Part shown: positions 18,065 to 26,189 of the stretch, piece after piece
How the letters are laid out: each line of letters begins with the position of its first letter
Position numbering within the stretch: position 1 is the stretch's first letter
Source: Cylindrospermopsis raciborskii Cr2010
GTDB lineage: Bacteria; Cyanobacteriota; Cyanobacteriia; Cyanobacteriales; Nostocaceae
DNA length: 32,000 nt
NCBI RefSeq assembly: GCF_003367075.2
Contig: NZ_CP065936.1
Span: 1,590,001 to 1,622,000, forward strand
Reading direction: 5' to 3'
Made by a program: the position numbers and the translations under genes
Notes under the pieces: model-generated
Told to the model about the DNA's origin: nothing
What the model saw: only the letters and a program-made list of their open reading frames with translations
Database searches by the model: none

Positions 18065-18083
18065 ATCAGGAGAAATTCAAACT

Positions 18084-18392
18084 ATGGCTAAAATTAATAG
18101 TACTGAGTTGTTAGAATCTCTAGCATCAGAAATAGGTGATAATGTTTACATAGATATAGCCAAGTGGCATTTGTATCTAACCGATGCCAAGCTCCATCAT
18201 CTTTTAGCAGAAAGATGCTATTCCTTGCTGATTGAGCACAGTGTCACAGAAGAACGAGTTTTAGGATTGTTGTCAAGTATCAAGATCCAAATTGGTGGTG
18301 GTCGAAAGGAAGTTCCTTTAATTGACCTGTTACCTCTCCAATGTCAAGTTCATTTGGTTGATATATTGGAAAAATATCAACAAGAGTTTTAG
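18084..18392 (+). CDS. conserved-looking hypothetical protein (102 aa)
   Basis: Clean ORF 19 nt after the previous gene on the same strand. Soluble, with no motif I can name confidently (possibly a cyanobacterial DUF). Confidence 0.45.
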   Translation: MAKINSTELLESLASEIGDNVYIDIAKWHLYLTDAKLHHLLAERCYSLLIEHSVTEERVLGLLSSIKIQIGGGRKEVPLIDLLPLQCQVHLVDILEKYQQEF

Positions 18393-18496
18393 AGAACCTC
18401 TAATCAACATTGATGCAATTTACTGGTAGTGATCGTGTTTCAACAACTAAACTAGGATAAACAACAAGTATAACTTTTCTCTAAGGAGAGTTGAAT

Positions 18497-18715
18497 ATGT
18501 TTTTACAAGTCAAAGGTAAAGTAGACCTAGTTAAGATTGTTGATTTTCAGGAACTACTGGACCCCAATAGTAGCATAGTCCATGGAAAAGACCAAGAGGG
18601 AGAGGAGGAGCAGGACATGGATATCTATGAAAAACAGGATTTAGTTTTTCCCTCTGGAGAAGAATTACCCAGATGTTGGCGGGATCCACATTATCGGAGT
18701 TTGAGATCCAGATAG
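18497..18715 (+). CDS. small acidic hypothetical protein (72 aa)
   Basis: The ATG at 18497 is preceded by AAGGAG 8-9 nt upstream. The ORF track used the TTG at 18491. Acidic centre (DQEGEEEQDMD). Confidence 0.45.
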   Translation: MFLQVKGKVDLVKIVDFQELLDPNSSIVHGKDQEGEEEQDMDIYEKQDLVFPSGEELPRCWRDPHYRSLRSR

Positions 18716-18789
18716 TGCTGGACGGTTCACAGTTTTTAAAAACATCTACCTGTGTGTTAAGGCACCACGGGTCTGGTTGAAATTGTGAC

Positions 18790-19863
18790 CTACAAAGCAG
18801 CTAATTCAGATTCTATTCTTGATGACTGTAAATCTCGACCAATGAAAACTAGTCGGGTTTGTTTTTCTTCCTTGGGTTTCCAGGGGCGATCATAAAATTT
18901 GTCAAATCGTGTGCCTACTCCCTGCATGACCAATCGCATAGGTTTATTAGGAACAGCAACAAATCCTTTAATTCTATAAATTTCCTGTTTTTTTGCCAGT
19001 TTTTGTAGTGTGTCCTGCAATTTTTCTGGGTCAAAACTACGATTAAAAATTAGATGGGTCGAGTTAATTTCATCATCATGGTCATGATCCTCATCCACGT
19101 CATGATGGCTAGGACGCTGATCTAAATTATCTTCAACTGCTGCTTGGTATCCCAACAATATGGATGGGTCAAGTTTACCATAATCGCTGGCAACAATTTT
19201 CACTTCCCTGGGTAATTCCTGGGTAACCAATTCTAAAACCTGAGACTTTTGTTGCTCATCAACCAAATCTGTTTTATTCAAAATCACTAAATCAGCACAA
19301 GCTAGTTGATCTGAGAACAGTTCTTGTAATGGCGTTTCATGTTCTAGACTGTCGTCTTTTTCTCTCTGACGTGCGATCGCCTGTAGATCGCTAGCGAAGG
19401 TGCCCGCTGCAACTGCTGCACAATCTACCACTGTAATCACAGCATCCACCGTAGCAGCGCTACGAATTTCTTGCCAACGAAAAGCCTTCACTAAAGGTTT
19501 AGGTAGTGCTAAACCGGATGTTTCAATGACAATACAATCAATAGTATGACGGCGTTTAATTAGCTCCTGCATAGTAGGGTAAAACTCTTCTTGTACGGTG
19601 CAACATAGACAACCATTTGTCAATTCAAATATATTAGTATTTTCTTGGGTATTTTCCTGATTTTGGGGATTGGTTGAATTTTCATCTTCTGGACAAACTT
19701 GGCAAGATTTTAATATTTCTCCATCTATTCCTAATTCACCAAATTCGTTTACCAGTACTGCTATGCGTCGTCCTTGGTTGTTTTGTAGTAAGTGACGAAT
19801 CAAGCTAGTTTTACCACTCCCTAAAAATCCTGTGATTACTGTTACGGGTATTTTTGCGGCCAT
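18790..19863 (-). CDS. cobW: CobW-type G3E (COG0523) metallochaperone GTPase
   Basis: Walker A GFLGSGKT, CxCC motif (GCLCCTV), ETSGLALPKPL, NKTDL, a His/Asp-rich stretch SHHDVDEDHDHDDE, and a C-terminal KGFVAVPNKPMRLVMQGVG block. The overall pattern matches what I recall of bona fide CobW. Confidence 0.7.
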   Translation of the reverse strand: MAAKIPVTVITGFLGSGKTSLIRHLLQNNQGRRIAVLVNEFGELGIDGEILKSCQVCPEDENSTNPQNQENTQENTNIFELTNGCLCCTVQEEFYPTMQELIKRRHTIDCIVIETSGLALPKPLVKAFRWQEIRSAATVDAVITVVDCAAVAAGTFASDLQAIARQREKDDSLEHETPLQELFSDQLACADLVILNKTDLVDEQQKSQVLELVTQELPREVKIVASDYGKLDPSILLGYQAAVEDNLDQRPSHHDVDEDHDHDDEINSTHLIFNRSFDPEKLQDTLQKLAKKQEIYRIKGFVAVPNKPMRLVMQGVGTRFDKFYDRPWKPKEEKQTRLVFIGRDLQSSRIESELAAL

Positions 19864-19941
19864 ATTGACTGAGTTATTTTTCTACCTATTGATTTTAGCA
19901 AAAAATTGACCTAAATTATATAGAAAATTCTCATACCCGAG

Positions 19942-21348
19942 CTAGGTTGATAAACTCATGATTCGTCGATAATGGGACTCAATTTTGCCTAGAGTGGGTG
20001 ATTCTCTCCCAGCTTCCCACCCACTGCGGTCAAATAACTCCTGGCGTAATTCGTCAATATCAATAGTTGTCAATTTACCATTAACAACAATTGGTCTACC
20101 ATCAACCCAAACACTATCAATAACATTTACAGGACGACCTAAAACTAATAAACCAATGGGGTCTGTACGGGGTAATAACGATAAAGCTGTTAAATCATAA
20201 AGAACTAAATCCGCTTTTTTACCTACAGTTATAGAACCTAAATGATTATGTACGCCTAATCCCTTAGCTCCACCCAAACATGCCATTTCCACAGATTGCT
20301 TAGGTGTAATCCAAGACCTATAGTCTGGATCCGTAATGTTATGTAAAATTGAGCCGATTTTAATTGCTTCTAACAAATCCTGAGAATCATTACTAGAAGC
20401 ACCATCACAACCAAAAGAGATATTTACCCCTGCTCTAAGACATTTTAAAATCGGGGCAATACCACTACCCAAACGCAAATTACTTAAAGGATTATGAACA
20501 ATAGTAGATTTAGTTAAGGCTAAAATTTCTATGTCAGTATCATTTAACCAAACACCATGAGCTAAACTAGTCTTTTCATCTAAAAAACCTATTTCTTGTA
20601 AATGTTTAACCGCACTACATTCATACTTTTCAGCTGCTAACTTTTCCTGAGCCTTGGTTTCTAATAAATGACTATGACGACTAAGTTGATAGCGATCGCT
20701 TAATGCTACACAACCTGTAAATAAAGCATCTGTACATAATTGAATGCCCGTGGGTCCAACTAAAATACTTGTCCCTTTCTCCGGTTGGTGAAAGTTAATT
20801 ACAGCTTGTTCCACAATAGCTAAAGTTTCATCGGTTGAGCGACAATAATATTCATGACTAGCCAATAATTTCCCCTCTGGCATTCCTGCAGTTAAAGGTT
20901 CATCTTGAATTAAAGGTGCAATAAAAGCTCTAATTCCCAATGTTTGATAAGCTCGAACTACTGTAGCAATGGTTTCTAATTCTTGACCTGGAATTAACAC
21001 CAAATGATCTACAACACTTGTACCTCCAGACAATAGAGTTTCCACCCCGGTACCTAAAGCACTAAGATAGACTCTTTCCATATCTAAGGGAGAAAAATCA
21101 CATAAGTGCGCTAACCATAACTCCAAAGGTAAGGGAGGGATAATTCCCCGTTGCCATTTTTCTACGGAATGGGTGTGAGCGTTAAAAAAACCTGGTAGCA
21201 CCAGTTTATCTTGGCCATCAATTAGAGTACCAATGACATTTAAATTTTGCCCCACCTGAGTAATTATACCCTCCATCACTTGAATATCTAGGGTTGTATA
21301 ACCTTCTTTCACCGGACTTAGGGCATTCTTAATAGTGAAATTCATCAT
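19942..21348 (-). CDS. metal-dependent amidohydrolase (COG0402-like deaminase/chlorohydrolase family)
   Basis: HxH motif (FFNAHTHS) with downstream H/H/D ligand positions (HLLET, AHGVWL, GCDGASSND). 468 aa. The substrate cannot be inferred. Confidence 0.7.
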   Translation of the reverse strand: MMNFTIKNALSPVKEGYTTLDIQVMEGIITQVGQNLNVIGTLIDGQDKLVLPGFFNAHTHSVEKWQRGIIPPLPLELWLAHLCDFSPLDMERVYLSALGTGVETLLSGGTSVVDHLVLIPGQELETIATVVRAYQTLGIRAFIAPLIQDEPLTAGMPEGKLLASHEYYCRSTDETLAIVEQAVINFHQPEKGTSILVGPTGIQLCTDALFTGCVALSDRYQLSRHSHLLETKAQEKLAAEKYECSAVKHLQEIGFLDEKTSLAHGVWLNDTDIEILALTKSTIVHNPLSNLRLGSGIAPILKCLRAGVNISFGCDGASSNDSQDLLEAIKIGSILHNITDPDYRSWITPKQSVEMACLGGAKGLGVHNHLGSITVGKKADLVLYDLTALSLLPRTDPIGLLVLGRPVNVIDSVWVDGRPIVVNGKLTTIDIDELRQELFDRSGWEAGRESPTLGKIESHYRRIMSLST

Positions 21349-21446
21349 TTTTGCCTTTTTGTAAATTTTACCTTTTTTTAAAGTTAATTCCCTAACTCCC
21401 GAATTATTATTATTTGTTGTTTGTTATTGTTTGTAGTTAAAAATTT

Positions 21447-21477
21447 AGCAATCATTTTGAATGCTGAACCAATCATT
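21447..21477. promoter_or_regulatory. candidate operator in the divergent amidohydrolase/cupin intergenic region
   Basis: Inverted repeat AGCAATCA-ttt-TGAATGCT (7 of 8 positions complementary) at 21447-21465. CAATCATT occurs twice, at 21449 and 21470, exactly 21 bp apart. Confidence 0.25.
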
Positions 21478-21607
21478 ATGGAAATGCTGGGGGTGAACTA
21501 AGGATTAGTAAAAGATTGACAGGTAAAGTTAAGTCTAGACGGCGTTGTGACTTGTAAAATCAAGCTAGTTACCATTATAACAAAACTAAGTAAAAATTCT
21601 TAATTCT

Positions 21608-22045
21608 ATGATTAGTCATCATTGTATTATTCCCGTGATAAAATCTCCTCGAGATTATCAAGCATACCGTATTAGCCCTCACGATACCAATCGGTTAGCA
21701 ATTATCTTCGATTCCAACACAGCTAATACTTCTTTAACTTGCTGTGTGGAAATTTTTGATATTGGTGGACAAACTCCACCCAATCGCCATCAATGGGCCA
21801 TAGAAATGTTTTTCATTCTCAAGGGAGAAGGTATAGCAATTTGTGACGGTAAAAAAGTAAATATCAAAGCTGGAGATAGTTTATTAGTACCACCCATGGG
21901 GATCCATCTGATTAGAAATACGGGTAAAACTCGTCTTTATATACTTACTGTTATGATTCCTAATGAGGATTTCTCGGAACTGATTAGAAGTGGGATACCT
22001 GTAGACCTGGATGTGGAAGATCTGTCGGTTTTAGGAAGACTTTGA
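21608..22045 (+). CDS. cupin-domain protein
   Basis: 145 aa with cupin-like motifs (G.TPPNRHQWAIEMFFILKGEG ... GDSLLVPPMGIHLIRNTG). Confidence 0.6.
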   Translation: MISHHCIIPVIKSPRDYQAYRISPHDTNRLAIIFDSNTANTSLTCCVEIFDIGGQTPPNRHQWAIEMFFILKGEGIAICDGKKVNIKAGDSLLVPPMGIHLIRNTGKTRLYILTVMIPNEDFSELIRSGIPVDLDVEDLSVLGRL

Positions 22046-22209
22046 CCTCCGTCTAAGGACACCCAACCTACAAGATAGCAATAGCGCAACAGAAAGATGT
22101 AACTAAAGACATATACTATAGATTCCACATTCTACCATAATAATCATCTTATAGGTATTCCCTTAATTAGAATTGAAAGATTAGCTCAACAGAAATCTAT
22201 GTCAATAAT

Positions 22210-22671
22210 ATGAGGAAGATGAGGAAGAAAAACAACAAAATTTGTAAACAGTCAGGAGTAATTCCCTATCGCCTGTGTGACGGGAAAGTAGAAGTATTAT
22301 TAATCACCAGTCGTAAACGGCAAAGCCTTGTAATTCCCAAGGGAGGAATTTGTAAGGGGATGACACCACCGGATTCAGCTGCAAAGGAAGCATGGGAAGA
22401 AGCAGGTGTAGTTGGTCAAGTTAATACCCAAAAGCTTGGTGCTTATAAATATCGTAAACGGGGCAATATTTATCAAGTTCATCTATTTTGGTTACCAGTA
22501 GAAAAAATCTTAGAGGATTGGCCAGAAGCAAGTCAAAGACAGCGAATATGGCTAGATATTAATCATGCTGCTATTATAGTTAAGGAGAACTATTTGAAAA
22601 AAATTTTGCAAAATTCCCAAGAACAAGTCAGGGTTTTTACTAGCGAGCGATTAGAAACTATGGGTTTCTAA
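22210..22671 (+). CDS. NUDIX hydrolase
   Basis: NUDIX box GGICKGMTPPDSAAKEAWEEAGV (Gx5Ex7..EExG pattern). 153 aa. Confidence 0.7.
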   Translation: MRKMRKKNNKICKQSGVIPYRLCDGKVEVLLITSRKRQSLVIPKGGICKGMTPPDSAAKEAWEEAGVVGQVNTQKLGAYKYRKRGNIYQVHLFWLPVEKILEDWPEASQRQRIWLDINHAAIIVKENYLKKILQNSQEQVRVFTSERLETMGF

Positions 22672-22700
22672 TCGCGTAGATGAGTCAGAGACCTAGAAAA

Positions 22701-25700
22701 TTAAACATTAGCAGACATATTAACTTGAACAACTAAGTCATTGTAATCCCTATCCCCACCACCTCTGAGATCTTCAAAACCAAAGGTGTTGTCTCCTAAA
22801 AGTCGAACATGGTCAACCCGATCAGGGTTAGCACCTAAATATGTGAAATATATGTCGGGATTGGAGTTGGCGGAAATATCGCTATTAAGAACAGTGTCGG
22901 GTCTGCCATTGACAATTATAAATGGCACATACAGCCCTCCTCCTGATAAGGTACTATTAAAAGTAGACTTATTTCCATCAGGAACATTTAAACCCAAACC
23001 ACTTAAATGTTGATTAACAGCAGCTTGAATGTAACCAGCGTCTCCCGGAAGCAAATCCGCAGTTCCATCATTATTGGTATCAATGCCACCCTTTTCATCA
23101 GTTACCTTATAAAAGCCCACATAATTATCAAAGCTCGCCTCCCTATAAACTGTAAATTGGGCATTTACGGGACCCGTTACCCCGCGTAAATCTATACTTT
23201 CTCCCTGGGACTTCTCCTGTAAATTTGCCCCCATAGGTAAGGGTTTAGTAGTAGGTCTAGCTTTGAAAACTAGATCGTTGGACTGCAAGGAAAAACTATT
23301 ATCAGGCAATTGTGTTACCTGAAGATTTGAAGAGTCTAAAAAAGTTACCTGATTAATTGGCAACAGGCCATTTTTAACAGAATCAGTAGTGCCATTATCT
23401 ATAACATAGAATCTCAAATTGGGGTTTGCTTCCTGAAACCCTAAGATTCTGGTGACATTTGCGTTATTAAACTCATTAGGTGTTTTGGAAAGAATGGAAA
23501 AAACTACCTTACTTCTCGCTAAAGCAGCTTCTGAATAACCAACCTGACCAGGTGCAATACCGTTAATCTTACCACTAGGATCATCAACAGTAAATACTCC
23601 TAATTCACGTATGGAAGCAGGAATCTTATCCATAAGCTGAAATTCAACCCTAGTAGTGCTACTACTCAGGACATTATTATTACTGCTCAAGATATTATCA
23701 GCGCTTCCCGTTGATGTGGATGGAATGTCAGAGGAATCGGTAAGATCAGATCCCGTTGATGTGGATGGAATGTCAGGGGAATCGGTAAGATCAGATCCAG
23801 ATCCTTCCGTTGAGTTATTATCGCTATCACCTTCTCCCATAACTCCATCCAGAATTTCATCGGGAGTCCCCTCAGATTCGCTGTTGTTATCTTCAATAAC
23901 TCCACCGGTAATTTCATCCTCAGTTCCATCAATAGTGAATTCTGCGGTTAAGGATAGTCCTCCCCTATCTGTGGTAATCACACTGATGGTGTAAATGGGC
24001 TGATTTTCAAAATCGAGGGACTCCTTGCTGATTAATTGATTATCCTGAATACTAAATAAACCATTGTCAGGATAGTTCTCATCATCGGATAAGCTATAGG
24101 TAAAAGAATCATCCGCATTCGGATCCACAGTTGTAAAAGTGCCAATTACATTTGATTCCAGACCATTTTCATCAACTCTATTGTTAGTTTTTAAAAACAA
24201 ACCGCTAGGAGCTTCATTGATTATGTCGGATTCACCACCATTTCCTTCCGTTACTTCATCAGTAATTTCTCCGGTATCTGTGGGACTATTTTTGCCAAAA
24301 ACTACATAGACTTCCCCAGAACCAGCAAAGGGAGCGCTGATCAGTATATCACTGACACCATCACCATTGATATCTCCCACACCACTAGCTGAATAACCTA
24401 AATTATGGTTTTCTGACTTACCATTGATGATAAAACCTTTGGTATCATCAATTTCCGCAAGATTGATAGCAGAACTAAATTTATCGCCGCCAAAGATTAC
24501 ATAACCTTGTCCAGAATTATCATTATTAGCATCTGCATGACTAGCACTAACCAGAAGATCGTCAATTCCATCACCATTCACATCTCCTAGACCAGTTACA
24601 GCCCAGCTTGCCTTATCTAGTTCGCCAATACCGTTAATTACAAACCCATTATTACCATTAAGATTGGACAAGTCTAGTTGGGAACTAAACTGGGTACGGG
24701 CACCAAATACAACATAAGCCACGCCAGCTGCATCTATCCCATTGGGATCTGCATCATGGGCGCTGACAATTATATCCCCAATACCATCATGATTAATATC
24801 CCCCGCACTACTAACGGAGAATCCTAATTGATCGCCCTCCTGTCCATTGATGACAACCCCATTAACACCATCAAGTTGGGAGACATCTAAGGAAGATGAG
24901 AATGATTCCTTCCTACCAAATATTACATAAGCTTGTCCGGAACGGAAACCGTTGAAATCATTAAAGGGTGAGCCAATAATCAAGTCATCAATTCCATCAC
25001 CGTTAAAGTCTCCACCTCTATTGAGACCAACACCTAAGTAGTCATCTGCTCTAGAACCATTGATAACAAAGCCATTATTGCCATTAAGACTATTGAGATC
25101 AAAATTGGGATTACTGGGATTAAATTTCTCGCTACCAAATATTACGTAAACCTTACCAGCTTGATCACCTGTCACTGGGGGATAGACGTAAGCGTTGGGA
25201 GGTGCAGCAATAATTACATCATCAAAACCATCTTGGTTGATATCACCTGCACCACTGACCCTATAACCTAATTGGTCTTGAGGATTTAGACCGTTAATAA
25301 TAAAACCGTTATCACCCAGATTGGAGGGGTTAATAGTGGGGAGAGAACTAAAACTCCTGCGGCCAAATATTAGGTATGCTGCTCCAGAGTCATCTCCATT
25401 ACTGTCCGCAAAAGGAGCGCCAATGATCAGGTCGTCAATACCATCACCATTAATATCTCCTGCTGCACTTACAGAACGACCTGATTGATCGCCTATTCCA
25501 CCACCATTAACCGTAAACCCATTGATTCCATCTAAGGTCGAGATGTCTATAATGTTGGCAAAACCGTTGTTGCTACCAAATACTATATAACTGTTTCCCG
25601 CATTACTTTGGTCATTGGGATCACTTAAAGGTGCCCCAATAATAATATCATTAATTCCGTCACCATTAATATCTCCAGCATTGCTAATTGAGTACCCTAA

Positions 25701-25883
25701 ATTGTCATCTTTATCATTACCGTTGATGATGGTCAATCCATTTTTTCCATCAAGTGTGGAGAGGTCAACAAATTTTTTAGTCATAATTTCTGTGGTATTT
25801 TTATTTGCTTGCTGTTTGCTATTAATTGTGTTTTTGTTGATAGATGTATCTCTCAATCTCCATGGCAAAATACCCATATTCAT
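22701..25883 (-). CDS. large FG-GAP repeat (x7) / cadherin-like / DUF4114-like protein, probable surface or secreted adhesin
   Basis: Seven GD(I/F/V)NxDG(I/F/V)xD Ca-loop motifs are each followed by a Y(I/L/V)(I/V)FG strand. A cadherin-like segment follows (NEAP..VDEN..FTYSL..LDFE..DRGG), then an acidic Ser-rich linker, then a C-terminal FGFEDLRGGGDRDYNDLVVQV. An alternative start lies at 25784 (MTKKFVDLS). Confidence 0.8.
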   Translation of the reverse strand: MNMGILPWRLRDTSINKNTINSKQQANKNTTEIMTKKFVDLSTLDGKNGLTIINGNDKDDNLGYSISNAGDINGDGINDIIIGAPLSDPNDQSNAGNSYIVFGSNNGFANIIDISTLDGINGFTVNGGGIGDQSGRSVSAAGDINGDGIDDLIIGAPFADSNGDDSGAAYLIFGRRSFSSLPTINPSNLGDNGFIINGLNPQDQLGYRVSGAGDINQDGFDDVIIAAPPNAYVYPPVTGDQAGKVYVIFGSEKFNPSNPNFDLNSLNGNNGFVINGSRADDYLGVGLNRGGDFNGDGIDDLIIGSPFNDFNGFRSGQAYVIFGRKESFSSSLDVSQLDGVNGVVINGQEGDQLGFSVSSAGDINHDGIGDIIVSAHDADPNGIDAAGVAYVVFGARTQFSSQLDLSNLNGNNGFVINGIGELDKASWAVTGLGDVNGDGIDDLLVSASHADANNDNSGQGYVIFGGDKFSSAINLAEIDDTKGFIINGKSENHNLGYSASGVGDINGDGVSDILISAPFAGSGEVYVVFGKNSPTDTGEITDEVTEGNGGESDIINEAPSGLFLKTNNRVDENGLESNVIGTFTTVDPNADDSFTYSLSDDENYPDNGLFSIQDNQLISKESLDFENQPIYTISVITTDRGGLSLTAEFTIDGTEDEITGGVIEDNNSESEGTPDEILDGVMGEGDSDNNSTEGSGSDLTDSPDIPSTSTGSDLTDSSDIPSTSTGSADNILSSNNNVLSSSTTRVEFQLMDKIPASIRELGVFTVDDPSGKINGIAPGQVGYSEAALARSKVVFSILSKTPNEFNNANVTRILGFQEANPNLRFYVIDNGTTDSVKNGLLPINQVTFLDSSNLQVTQLPDNSFSLQSNDLVFKARPTTKPLPMGANLQEKSQGESIDLRGVTGPVNAQFTVYREASFDNYVGFYKVTDEKGGIDTNNDGTADLLPGDAGYIQAAVNQHLSGLGLNVPDGNKSTFNSTLSGGGLYVPFIIVNGRPDTVLNSDISANSNPDIYFTYLGANPDRVDHVRLLGDNTFGFEDLRGGGDRDYNDLVVQVNMSANV
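23707..23796. repeat. 45-bp tandem duplication (2 copies, 1 mismatch) inside the linker of the FG-GAP gene
   Basis: Copies at 23707-23751 and 23752-23796 differ at one base. They encode GSDLTDS(P/S)DIPSTST twice. Confidence 0.9.
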
Positions 25884-25996
25884 TGCTTGAATTAGGGAAA
25901 CAAAAACCCAATTTCAAAAAATTTTCCATGCCAGATGCCTAATGTTTATCGCTAGAAAATGTCAAGGTTTTAAGCTATAAGCAGTGGGTTTGTACA

Positions 25997-26025
25997 TTGA
26001 CTTTCTATCAAACACCTGTAATAAT
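25997..26025 (+). promoter_or_regulatory. candidate plus-strand sigma70 promoter with extended -10
   Basis: TTGACT (25997-26002), then a 17-nt spacer, then AATAAT (26020-26025) preceded by TGt. Confidence 0.3.
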
Positions 26026-26028
26026 CAT

Positions 26029-26057
26029 ATCGTAGATACAGTGCTATCAATTGTCAA
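26029..26057 (-). promoter_or_regulatory. candidate minus-strand promoter for the FG-GAP gene
   Basis: On the minus strand, TTGACA (26057-26052) is followed by a 17-nt spacer and TACGAT (26034-26029). This would give a 5' UTR of roughly 140 nt to the ATG at 25883. Confidence 0.3.
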
Positions 26058-26124
26058 GTGTTCAATTATGAAGTTATTTTGTTATCAACTGTTGAATTGT
26101 AAGTTTTTCTTAATGGTTTTACCC

Positions 26125-26155
26125 AAATAAATAAGGGCTAGGCCCTTATTTATTT
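26125..26155 (-). terminator. bidirectional intrinsic terminator downstream of the 26190..27410 gene
   Basis: Perfect 14-bp inverted repeat aaataaataagggc / gcccttatttattt with a 3-nt loop, T-rich on both sides. It lies 35 nt after the stop of the upstream minus-strand gene. Confidence 0.7.
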
Positions 26156-26189
26156 TCACCTCTTCCCTAAGGTTCTAGCACGCACTATA

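Noticed and set aside
18732-18743. Perfect 12-nt palindrome GTTTTTAAAAAC between convergent genes
   Set aside because: It is a pure A/T palindrome with no loop and cannot form a useful hairpin. Such sequences are expected by chance in AT-rich spacers.
21404-21437. T/G-rich low-complexity stretch (ttgttgtttgttattgtttgtag) as a microsatellite
   Set aside because: It is an irregular unit with no clean tandem period, and is probably just AT/T-rich promoter DNA.
21937-22128. 63-aa minus-strand ORF downstream of the cupin gene
   Set aside because: It overlaps the cupin 3' end and reads through the second copy of the dispersed GTAGGTTGGGTG motif (..LVGWVSLDGG..). There is no coding support.
23656-23994. 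112-aa and 81-aa ORFs overlapping the FG-GAP gene linker
   Set aside because: They are artefacts of the repetitive Ser/Asp-rich linker, which stays open in several frames. The 1060-aa frame is clearly the coding one.
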